The notes under the pieces were generated by a model, which saw nothing but the letters and a program-made list of their open reading frames with translations, did no database searches and was not told where the DNA came from. From Leptospiria bacterium (lineage in GTDB: Bacteria; Spirochaetota; Leptospiria; Turneriellales; CBDBES01): 64,000 nt of DNA. Positions 32,538 through 41,340 of this stretch are shown in pieces (position 1 is the stretch's first letter; every line of letters begins with the position of its first letter). The stretch is from contig CBDHCY010000005.1 in NCBI GenBank assembly GCA_965261485.1, positions 407,641 to 471,640 on the forward strand, read 5' to 3'. A program made the position numbers and the translations under genes.

Positions 32538-33479
32538 TTATCGAGGAACTTCCTCAGAGGCTAATATTTTATCTAATACAGAACCAGCATCTATATTTTC
32601 CATTTGAGCTTCTGTGGAAAGTATTATACGATGTTGAAGAACATATTTGTAAAGTATTTGGATATCATCAGGAATAACAAAATCACGATCTTCTTTGAAA
32701 CCCCATACACGTGCTAATTGAAGTAAATGTACAGACGCTCTTGGACTCGCCCCATATTCAATATATTTATTTTGACGTGTTTTACGAATTAAGCGTAAAA
32801 GATAGTCTATAATATTTTCACTCACTGTGACCTTGAATGCTTCTTCTTTTAATTTAGAAATTTCTTGAGTACTTGTAATTTGTTTTATTTGAGAAAAATC
32901 TATATTTTTACTGTCTTTACCTTGAATAGCATTTGATAAAATTTTCTCTTCTTCACTAAATTTAGGGAAATTAACTCGAATCATGATCATAAATCGGTCT
33001 AATTGAGCTTCAGGTAGGGGATAGGTACCAGCCAACTCAATTGGATTTTGAGTTGCTAGAACAAAGAATAGATCACCTAGAGAATAGCTTTTTCGTTCCA
33101 CTGTGACTTGATATTCTTCCATTGCCTCAAGAAGTGCTGCCTGAGTTTTAGGAGGTGTACGATTTATTTCATCAGCAAGAATAATATTTGAAAAGATGGG
33201 ACCTTTTCGAAAAGAGAAACTTGTATTATTTTTATTATAGTAAATATGCCCTAAAATATCAGAAGGTAGGAGATCAGGAGTAAACTGAATACGCTCAAAA
33301 TTAAGACCAAGTAATTTAGCCAAAACTTTAACACTAAAAGTCTTTCCAGTTCCGGGTAGACCTTCAAGAATAACATGACCACTAGCAAGGAAGCTTGCTA
33401 AAAGGAGCTCTAATGTTTCATCGTAACCTATAATATATTCGGAAAATTTATTTTGAATATTTTTAAACCACGAATTCAT
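32538..33479 (-). CDS. MoxR-family AAA+ ATPase
   Basis: 313 aa. Walker A is GLPGTGKT and Walker B is ILADEINRTPPKTQAALLEAMEE. Typical MoxR length and C-terminal lid. Confidence 0.9.
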   Translation of the reverse strand: MNSWFKNIQNKFSEYIIGYDETLELLLASFLASGHVILEGLPGTGKTFSVKVLAKLLGLNFERIQFTPDLLPSDILGHIYYNKNNTSFSFRKGPIFSNIILADEINRTPPKTQAALLEAMEEYQVTVERKSYSLGDLFFVLATQNPIELAGTYPLPEAQLDRFMIMIRVNFPKFSEEEKILSNAIQGKDSKNIDFSQIKQITSTQEISKLKEEAFKVTVSENIIDYLLRLIRKTRQNKYIEYGASPRASVHLLQLARVWGFKEDRDFVIPDDIQILYKYVLQHRIILSTEAQMENIDAGSVLDKILASEEVPR

Positions 33480-33598
33480 GATGCAAGGCTTCTTAAAGGA
33501 AACATTCTGTCTATCAATATAGAAACTAATAATGACAAAATATAAAGTTTAGCTAGATTATTCCATAGTGATGATTGAATAATAAATTCAAAATATAT

Positions 33599-36121
33599 TT
33601 AGATGTTTTCACTTGTACTAAAAATTTCCGCACTTTGGATGATTGTACTGGCATGTGCAGCTTCAAAATCGACTCTTTTCATCTTATTTATGTTTGAAGT
33701 AACAGTAGTATTTAAAGCATAGATTTTAAAATAGTAGTTATGCACACCAGTGCCACTTGGAGGGCAGGGGCCTCCCCAACCAGTATCTGGTCTTTCTCCA
33801 CGACCTGACCAACTGTTCTGACCAACTGTCCAGTTCATGGGAAAACTTGGTTCTTCAGACGTTGTCGTGAGTGTCGATGCCGGAGTTGGAACAGTCAATT
33901 TAGCCAATTCAGTGGGTAAATTGACCGTTCCTATTTTATTATACCAAGCATTTAAATGTACCCAAGGACTACTACTGTGGGTGTCTTCAACAATCAAAAC
34001 AAGTGCTTTGGCATTTGCAGGGATATTTGACCAAGTGAGTTTAGGGAAATCATTATTACCACTGCATTGAGAAGCCGGCATTCCTATACCGTTGACGCGA
34101 GGTAGCCTCTCTTTAAAATTATCAGGAATCATCCCTCCTGGTGTGAAACCATCATCACTGAGACTTGAAGTTAATGAGAATGATATCATAGGATTACCGC
34201 TATTACTATTTTCACTTGTACTAAAAATTTCCGCACTTTGGATGATTGTACTGGCATGTGCAGCTTCAAAATCGACTCTTTTCATCTTATTTATGTTTGA
34301 AGTAACAGTAGTATTTAAAGCATAGATTTTAAAATAGTAGTTATGCACACCAGTGCCACTTGGAGGGCAGGGGCCTCCCCAACCAGTATCTGGTCTTTCT
34401 CCACGACCTGACCAACTGTTCTGACCAACTGTCCAGTTCATGGGAAAACTTGGTTCTTCAGACGTTGTCGTGAGTGTCGATGCCGGAGTTGGAACAGTCA
34501 ATTTAGCCAATTCAGTGGGTAAATTGACCGTTCCTATTTTATTATACCAAGCATTTAAATGTACCCAAGGACTACTACTGTGGGTGTCTTCAACAATCAA
34601 AACAAGTGCTTTGGCATTTGCAGGGATATTTGACCAAGTGAGTTTAGGGAAATCATTATTACCACTGCATTGAGAAGCCGGCATTCCTATACCGTTGACG
34701 CGAGGTAGCCTCTCTTTAAAATTATCAGGAATCATCCCTCCTGGTGTGAAACCATCATCACTGAGACTTGAAGTTAATGAGAATGATATCATAGGATTAC
34801 CGCTATTACTATTCTCACTTGTACCAAAAATTTCTGCATTTTGGATGATTTTACTGGCATGTGCAGCTTCAAAATCGACTCTTTTCATCTTATTTATGTT
34901 TGAAGTAACAGTAGTATTTAAAGCGTAGATTTTAAAATAGTAGTTATGCACACCAGTGCCACTTGGAGGGCAGGGGCCTCCCCAACCAGTATCTGGTCTT
35001 TCTCCACGACCTGACCAACTGTTCTGACCAACTGTCCAGTTCATGGGAAAACTCGGTTCTTCGGACGTTGTCGTGAGTGTCGATGCCGGAGTTGGAACAG
35101 TCAATTTAGCCAATTCAGTGGGTAAATTGACCGTTCCTATTTTATTATACCAAGCATTTAAATGTACCCAAGGACTACTACTGTGGGTGTCTTCAACAAT
35201 CAAAACAAGTGCTTCGGCATTTGCAGGGATATTTGACCAAGTGAGTTTAGGGAAATCATTATTACCACTGCATTGAGAAGCCGGCATTCCTATACCGTTG
35301 ACGCGAGGTAGCCTCTCTTTAAAATTATCAGGAATCATCCCTCCTGGTGTGAAACCATCATCACTGAGACTTGAAGTTAATGAGAATGATATCATAGGAT
35401 TACCGCTATTACTATTCCCACTTTTATTCTCATTAGTAACGGTGCCAAAAATTGTTGCACTGGCTATGATTTGAGACTCATTACTAGACTCAAAGACTGA
35501 CCCTAGTGTGTTGTTTATAGGAGTAGTAATTTTTGCATTCATGGCATATATTTTGAAATAGTAGCGATAGGTAGTCTCATTCGGTGGGCATGGCCCACCC
35601 CAACCATCGTTGGGTCTATCTCCAGTACCTGACCAACTATTATCACCAACTGTCCAACCATTAGAAAAGGTCGGTTCGACGGCTGTTATATTAAATGTGT
35701 TGGGTCCAGATAATTTATCTATCCCATTAGGTAATTGTTCATTCATTGTTCGGTTGTAGTAAGCATTTAGGTGCACCCATTGAGGTTGAGCATCTATATT
35801 CTCCACGATTAAAACAAGGGCTTGAGTCTCTTCAGGAATATTTGACCAAGTGAGTTTAGGAAAGTTATTACCGCCAGAGCACTGGGCACCTGTATCACGA
35901 GGCAATTTTTCTTTAAAATTATTGGGGATTACATCTCCTGGATTAAAGCCATCATCACTGCTACTGGAAGTTATAAAAAATCTTGTTGAACCACCATTTT
36001 TTTTTGAAATTGTTTCTTGACCATTTAAGCGATCACTCATATTTTGCTCAAAAGGACAACGCATTGTTAGAAAGAAGATACAAAATATAAAGTACAAGAA
36101 TTTATAAAATACATTGAGCAT
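33599..36121 (-). CDS. Secreted/lipoprotein with four tandem PEBP (YbhB/YbcL-like) domains
   Basis: 840 aa with an N-terminal signal containing Cys (FFLTMRC). The motif C(S)G.N.FPKLTWSNIP...ALVLIVE......WVHLNA.YN ... GWGGPCPP.....YYFKIYA.N occurs four times and corresponds to the YbhB/YbcL PEBP pattern. Confidence 0.75.
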   Translation of the reverse strand: MLNVFYKFLYFIFCIFFLTMRCPFEQNMSDRLNGQETISKKNGGSTRFFITSSSSDDGFNPGDVIPNNFKEKLPRDTGAQCSGGNNFPKLTWSNIPEETQALVLIVENIDAQPQWVHLNAYYNRTMNEQLPNGIDKLSGPNTFNITAVEPTFSNGWTVGDNSWSGTGDRPNDGWGGPCPPNETTYRYYFKIYAMNAKITTPINNTLGSVFESSNESQIIASATIFGTVTNENKSGNSNSGNPMISFSLTSSLSDDGFTPGGMIPDNFKERLPRVNGIGMPASQCSGNNDFPKLTWSNIPANAEALVLIVEDTHSSSPWVHLNAWYNKIGTVNLPTELAKLTVPTPASTLTTTSEEPSFPMNWTVGQNSWSGRGERPDTGWGGPCPPSGTGVHNYYFKIYALNTTVTSNINKMKRVDFEAAHASKIIQNAEIFGTSENSNSGNPMISFSLTSSLSDDGFTPGGMIPDNFKERLPRVNGIGMPASQCSGNNDFPKLTWSNIPANAKALVLIVEDTHSSSPWVHLNAWYNKIGTVNLPTELAKLTVPTPASTLTTTSEEPSFPMNWTVGQNSWSGRGERPDTGWGGPCPPSGTGVHNYYFKIYALNTTVTSNINKMKRVDFEAAHASTIIQSAEIFSTSENSNSGNPMISFSLTSSLSDDGFTPGGMIPDNFKERLPRVNGIGMPASQCSGNNDFPKLTWSNIPANAKALVLIVEDTHSSSPWVHLNAWYNKIGTVNLPTELAKLTVPTPASTLTTTSEEPSFPMNWTVGQNSWSGRGERPDTGWGGPCPPSGTGVHNYYFKIYALNTTVTSNINKMKRVDFEAAHASTIIQSAEIFSTSENI
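33605..35425. repeat. 603-bp in-frame tandem repeat, three copies
   Basis: The units at about 33608-34210 and 34211-34813 are identical as far as I can read. The unit at 34814-35416 differs at about ten positions. Antisense ORFs in the track recur at exactly 603-bp spacing (33837/34440/35043 and 34092/34695). Confidence 0.95.
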
Positions 36122-36250
36122 ACCGGTACATAATAATACTTGGTGCTCCTATATCAACTATATTTTAAATACCTCAATTGGATATTTAAAGAAATTTAAA
36201 AAATTAAAACTTTATTTACACTGATTCATTTAAAATAAATTATTGATATT

Positions 36251-37372
36251 ATGAGTGTAATGAAGTCAACACATCTCTATCAAGAACATCAAAAGTTAAA
36301 TGCAAAAATGATTTCTTTCGCTGGTTTTAAAATGCCCATTTCTTATAGTGGAGTAAAAGAGGAATATTGGGCAACTCGAAAAAAAACAGGTTTGTTTGAT
36401 ATCTCGCATATGTCTCCTATTTTAGTCAAATCAAAAATTAATGGTGAAATTATTCGGTATCTTAACCACATTACTTGTCGCGATTTAAAAAATCTTAAAC
36501 CATCTCAGGTTCAATATAACGCATTAGTAAATAATAAAGGAGGCATTGTTGATGATATCACGATTTATATGCTAAACTCTTCATTATTTATGTTAATTGT
36601 TAACGCCTCTAACAAAGAGAGTGTGATTGAGCATCTGCAAAAATATCAGGATAAATTTAGTTATTCATGTAAGATTTATCCTCTTGAAGAATATATTCTA
36701 TTAGCTCTTCAAGGGCCTTTATCTGAATCTATTATGACAACAATTAAAACGATTACTTATCAGCTCAATCAACTTTATTATTATGAATGTACTCTTCTAA
36801 ATTCTAAAGTAAAAAATGTGCCATATGTAATTTCAAGAACAGGTTATACGGGTGAAGATGGCTTTGAAGTGTTGCTCCCTAAAAAATCGGGTTTGCTCCT
36901 TTGGAAAGAAATGATCAGCTTAGGAGCTCAACCATGTGGCTTGGCGAGTCGAGATTTACTTCGTATGGAAGTATTTTATCCTTTATATGGTAAGGAACTT
37001 ACAATAGATAAAACACCAGCAGAGAGTGGTATTGGCTGGTTGGTGAGTTCCAATAAAACATTTATAGGTAAAGATAGAATTTTATTAGAGAAAAATAAGC
37101 CAACAAAAAAAACAAAAGGGTTTCAATTATTAGAGGAGGGTATTCCGAGAACTGGCTATGAAATTTTTACAAGTGATAAGAAAAAAGTAGGTATTGTAAC
37201 TAGTGGCAGCTATTCATTTCAATGGAAAAAAGGATTTGGTATAGCCTATTTAGACGCAACTTATGCGAATGATCAGCAAGAACTTTTTTTAAAAATTCGA
37301 GATCAAAATAAAAGAATAAGAGTTCTTTCTAAAAGCCCCCATAAGGGCAGTATTCAAAAAAGACCATGTTAA
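36251..37372 (+). CDS. gcvT: Glycine cleavage system aminomethyltransferase (T protein)
   Basis: 373 aa. Motifs: TPLY..H..L.AKM..FAG..MP..Y-like N-terminus, GLFDISHM, ISRTGYTGEDGFEV, GLASRDLLRME. Confidence 0.9.
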   Translation: MSVMKSTHLYQEHQKLNAKMISFAGFKMPISYSGVKEEYWATRKKTGLFDISHMSPILVKSKINGEIIRYLNHITCRDLKNLKPSQVQYNALVNNKGGIVDDITIYMLNSSLFMLIVNASNKESVIEHLQKYQDKFSYSCKIYPLEEYILLALQGPLSESIMTTIKTITYQLNQLYYYECTLLNSKVKNVPYVISRTGYTGEDGFEVLLPKKSGLLLWKEMISLGAQPCGLASRDLLRMEVFYPLYGKELTIDKTPAESGIGWLVSSNKTFIGKDRILLEKNKPTKKTKGFQLLEEGIPRTGYEIFTSDKKKVGIVTSGSYSFQWKKGFGIAYLDATYANDQQELFLKIRDQNKRIRVLSKSPHKGSIQKRPC

Positions 37373-37539
37373 GTCATATTAAGCTCATGGCTCAGTTAAA
37401 TTAAGACTTTTATCTCCAAATTTACAATAAAATAAAATTTAATTATAAATATGTCATTATTAATTTTTATATTCTTTGATCAAAAACAACTTGTCATTTT
37501 TAATAATGTATTAACCCTGACTTATGGATTTTTATCTTG

Positions 37540-38202
37540 ATGGAAAGGAGTAAAGAAGAAGTGCCTACACCGAAGTTTAAAAATTTTCGTGAGAGAGTTA
37601 ATGAGCAATTTATTAAAAATCGGCAAGTATTTCTTTGGGGTGCTGTTAGCGATAAGAGCGCAGAGCAAATCGTTGAGAAACTTTTTTATCTTGAATATAC
37701 GGAACCAAATAAGCCAATTTATTTATTTATTAACTCTCCTGGTGGTGTTATTACATCAGGTATGGCTATTTATGATGTAATGCACGCAATAAGCTCTCCT
37801 ATTTATACGATTACGATTGGTATTGCTGCTTCTATGGGTGCAATCTTATTTTGTGCTGGTGTCAAAGGGCATCGTTATATATTAGAGCATGCGAAAGTAA
37901 TGATTCATCAACCGCTTATCTCTGGTCAAATTATTGCTCCAGCTATTGATATCAAAATTAGAGCTGAAGAAATAAAAAAAACAAGAGATGAAATAAATCA
38001 AATATTAGCTAAAGCTACTGGAAAATCAATGGCTCAGATTCAGAAGGATACTGATCGCGATTTTTATATGTCAGCAAATGAATCACTTAAATATGGAATC
38101 GCCGATATTTTAATAAAAGACATGAAACAATTATTTGAATTGAGTAAATTTAAAAAAAAGTCTAAAAAGACGATATCTGAGAAAGATACTAAAAAAATTT
38201 GA
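37540..38202 (+). CDS. clpP: ATP-dependent Clp protease proteolytic subunit
   Basis: Catalytic Ser context GIAASMGA, His context MIHQP and Asp context DTDRDFYMSA are present. There is a Lys-rich C-terminal tail and no adjacent clpX. Confidence 0.9.
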   Translation: MERSKEEVPTPKFKNFRERVNEQFIKNRQVFLWGAVSDKSAEQIVEKLFYLEYTEPNKPIYLFINSPGGVITSGMAIYDVMHAISSPIYTITIGIAASMGAILFCAGVKGHRYILEHAKVMIHQPLISGQIIAPAIDIKIRAEEIKKTRDEINQILAKATGKSMAQIQKDTDRDFYMSANESLKYGIADILIKDMKQLFELSKFKKKSKKTISEKDTKKI

Positions 38203-38389
38203 AAAAATTATGATCTATAATTTTAAAATAATTGAATTTTTTAATTTTAATTGAATATATAAAATGTGGTCATAATTTTTATTTTGAGATGAATAATATC
38301 TTTCAAAATATTTTATGTAGATGAGCTAACTATTTAATGTTCTTGCTATTTCGCAAGGTACTTGTAGGCTGGTTGTCTCTTAACTAACG

Positions 38390-39328
38390 ATGAAAGAAAT
38401 TTTATTGGCGAGCCCTAGGGGGTTTTGTGCTGGTGTGAATCGTGCTGTAGATATTGTAGAGACTGCCCTAAAAATTTATACTGCCCCTCTTTATGTTAAG
38501 CACGAGATCGTACATAATAAATATGTAGTTAAAAAACTTGAAAAAAAAGGAGTTATCTTTGTTGAAAATATTAATGATATTCCCCGGGGTAATACTGTTG
38601 TTTTTAGTGCTCACGGTGTACCTCCTATATCATGGGAGGAGGCAAAAAAAAGAAACTTAGAGGTGATTGATGCCACATGTCCTCTTGTTACGAAGGTTCA
38701 CTTAGAGTTAAAACGTTATGCTAGAGAAGGTTATCATATTCTTCTTATTGGACATATTGATCATGTCGAAACAATTGGAACTTTTGGAGAAGCTCCTGAC
38801 AAAACAACGATTATTGAATCAATTGAAGATGTTGAAAATCTTTTTTTCTCTGATGGAATAAAACTTGCTTATCTTACTCAAACGACTTTATCGCTTTTAG
38901 ATACTCAAAAAATTATAGATTTAATCGAAGAAAAATTTCCATGGATAGAATCTCCTCATAAAAGTGATATTTGTTATGCAACGACAAATCGGCAAAATGC
39001 AGTACAAAAAATTGCTAATCGTGTTTCTTTATTTTTAGTCATTGGTTCTCAAAACTCTTCAAATTCCAATCGACTCCGAGAATTAGCTGAAAAAATGAAA
39101 GTCAATTCATATTTGATCGAAAATGCCAAGACAATTAATAAAGCTTGGTTTGATGAAAGTGTGCAAAAAATTGGCTTAACTTCCGGGGCATCTGTGCCTG
39201 CTATATTAGTGGAGGAGAGCATTAATCGCCTGAAAAATGAATTTGGTTTTTCAAAAGTAACGGAGATAAATGTAGTTTATGAGGATGTTGTTTTTCAAAT
39301 GCCTAAAAAATTAAAAAAAATTGGTTGA
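38390..39328 (+). CDS. ispH: 4-hydroxy-3-methylbut-2-enyl diphosphate reductase
   Basis: 312 aa. N-terminus PRGFCAGVNRAV, motifs HEIVHN, DATCPLVTKVH, SDICYATTNRQ and GS.NSSNSNRL. Confidence 0.93.
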   Translation: MKEILLASPRGFCAGVNRAVDIVETALKIYTAPLYVKHEIVHNKYVVKKLEKKGVIFVENINDIPRGNTVVFSAHGVPPISWEEAKKRNLEVIDATCPLVTKVHLELKRYAREGYHILLIGHIDHVETIGTFGEAPDKTTIIESIEDVENLFFSDGIKLAYLTQTTLSLLDTQKIIDLIEEKFPWIESPHKSDICYATTNRQNAVQKIANRVSLFLVIGSQNSSNSNRLRELAEKMKVNSYLIENAKTINKAWFDESVQKIGLTSGASVPAILVEESINRLKNEFGFSKVTEINVVYEDVVFQMPKKLKKIG

Positions 39329-39365
39329 ATTTATTTTAATTTTTTGAGGTGGCTGAGCTTTTACC

Positions 39366-41225
39366 ATGAAATTTCCATTTTTAATTTTATTATTTATCTC
39401 AGTTTCTTTTAATGTTTTATTCGCTTCTTTTAAACTTGATTCTAGCATTGGTGATCAAAAAAAATATCTGGAAGGCCAAGCGTTATTTTTTCAGAAGCGT
39501 TATAAAAAAGCAATAGATATTTTTATAGAATTGACTGAAAGATATCCTGATCACAAAAAATTTCAGTATTATTACTCGCTTTCTTTAATCTCTTATCTTC
39601 AATTTAAAATTTGGCTAGAGCGTGCAGAAGTACTTTATAAATTTAAGCGTTTTAATCATGCACTTATCTTTTTGAGGAAGGCAGAATCTATTTATCCTTT
39701 TGGCGATAGTATTAATAATTTAAAAAGTGAAATAAAATCTGTAAAAAATTCACATACTCCTCTTGAGCATCTTAATAAAAAAGAACATAAACTTTTTACA
39801 GATGTTATAAAAAGAGGTGCAAAAAAACTTAAAATAGGGAGTAGCGAAGGAGCTTTTCAACTATTTTCTAAAGCCCTTAATTTAGCTCCTCAATCAACAA
39901 CTGCACTTGAAGGCTATAATGAGGCTCAAAAAAGGTATTTAGCAGGTCAGTATGAGACTAAAATTAATATTTTTTTGAAACAGGCAAGGAGTTTTAATAA
40001 GGTAGGTAAGTTCATACGGGCGTTGGCAAAGTATAAAGCAGTATTACGGTTTGATCCTGCAAATCAAGAATCAATTAATGAAATAAGTAAATTAAAAAAT
40101 AATATTAATATTGCAAAAACTTTAGCGGCAAAAAAAACGTTACTTAAGCAATATCGAAATACAGGTAAAAAATTTATTAAAGAAAAAAAAATTAATGAAG
40201 GGGTAGAACAATATGAGTTAGGCAAGTCTCTTTCAAAAAATTTTATTAATTGGGATGGGTTGATAAAAGAAGCCTATCTTTTACAAAAAATTGCTAATAA
40301 AAAAGAAAAGCAAAAATTAAACCAAAAAATTGAGAGAAATTATAATCGTGGTTTAGCTTTTATTGCATCAAAAAAGTATAGGTATGCAATTACGGCATTT
40401 CAGCAAGTGGTTACTGATGCAACTAAAATTCAACGAACTTTTATGGTAGAACAGGCTATGGATATTTTAAAAAAAATAACGAAAGCTTTGTTTAAAGAAG
40501 ATGAAGAGAAAGTGAACCGTGAATCACCTTATTATAATTTGATGCAAAGTTTGAAAGTATTGGGTTTGAAAAATATTGCCAATAAAAATTTTAAATTAGC
40601 TGGAAGTTATTTTGAGCAAATTATTTCTATTTTTCCTTATAATAAATTTGCTAACCAATATCTTGCTGTTTGTCAAATTAAAAGTGATCCTCAAAAAAAA
40701 AATGGAATAATGCAAGACTTTATTCGAGAAGCAAAAGAATCTTTAGTTCTTAAAAAAAGAATTAAGGCAGAAAGAATTCTCGATGTTCTTCTTTTTATTG
40801 ATAAACATTATAAAGGTGTAAAAAAATTACAGCAACTTATTGGAAGAAATAAGCAAAAAGTGATTGATGGTAGTGCTTCAAAAAAACAGTTAGATATTTT
40901 ATGGAATCAGGCACTTGTCGCCCAAAGGCAAGCGAATCGTAAAAAAGCACTTCGTATCTCTAGGCAGATACTTCGCTTGAATCCATCTCACACAAATGCA
41001 CGAAGTCTTTTGGGGCGTTTAGAGTCTGGCAATATCATTAACAGAGCTCCTACTAGTGTTCCTGTAAGAGCTAAAAAAGAGTATACCAAAGGAATTCTGC
41101 ATTATAATACGGGAGCTCTTCAATTAGCATTGAATTCATTTAAAACAGCTGTGGAAATCCATCCAAATTATCGTAAGGCTTCCATCGCTTTGCACAAATG
41201 TCGTAAATATTTAGCCTCTCGTTAA
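39366..41225 (+). CDS. TPR-repeat protein with signal peptide
   Basis: 619 aa with an N-terminal signal (FLILLFISVSFNVLFA). TPR-like A..Y..AL..DP.N motifs recur throughout. Confidence 0.6.
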   Translation: MKFPFLILLFISVSFNVLFASFKLDSSIGDQKKYLEGQALFFQKRYKKAIDIFIELTERYPDHKKFQYYYSLSLISYLQFKIWLERAEVLYKFKRFNHALIFLRKAESIYPFGDSINNLKSEIKSVKNSHTPLEHLNKKEHKLFTDVIKRGAKKLKIGSSEGAFQLFSKALNLAPQSTTALEGYNEAQKRYLAGQYETKINIFLKQARSFNKVGKFIRALAKYKAVLRFDPANQESINEISKLKNNINIAKTLAAKKTLLKQYRNTGKKFIKEKKINEGVEQYELGKSLSKNFINWDGLIKEAYLLQKIANKKEKQKLNQKIERNYNRGLAFIASKKYRYAITAFQQVVTDATKIQRTFMVEQAMDILKKITKALFKEDEEKVNRESPYYNLMQSLKVLGLKNIANKNFKLAGSYFEQIISIFPYNKFANQYLAVCQIKSDPQKKNGIMQDFIREAKESLVLKKRIKAERILDVLLFIDKHYKGVKKLQQLIGRNKQKVIDGSASKKQLDILWNQALVAQRQANRKKALRISRQILRLNPSHTNARSLLGRLESGNIINRAPTSVPVRAKKEYTKGILHYNTGALQLALNSFKTAVEIHPNYRKASIALHKCRKYLASR

Positions 41226-41340
41226 AGTCAAGTTTAATGAAGATAGATGTATTAACGCTATTGTCAATTAATTCTAAAATAAAATAGTATCAAAATAATG
41301 CAGACAAGATATATTAAATTTATTTAATAGTTTTACTGAT

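Noticed and set aside
33837-35276. Five plus-strand 77-aa ORFs (33837, 34092, 34440, 34695, 35043) with near-identical sequences.
   Set aside because: They are antisense to the PEBP-repeat CDS and are repeated only because the 603-bp unit is repeated. They have no independent coding evidence.
36122-36250. Glycine riboswitch upstream of gcvT, FMN riboswitch upstream of ribD (51500-51617), and tmRNA near smpB (53289-53378).
   Set aside because: None of the conserved cores is visible. The ribD upstream region is coding, and the other spacers are short and AT-rich.
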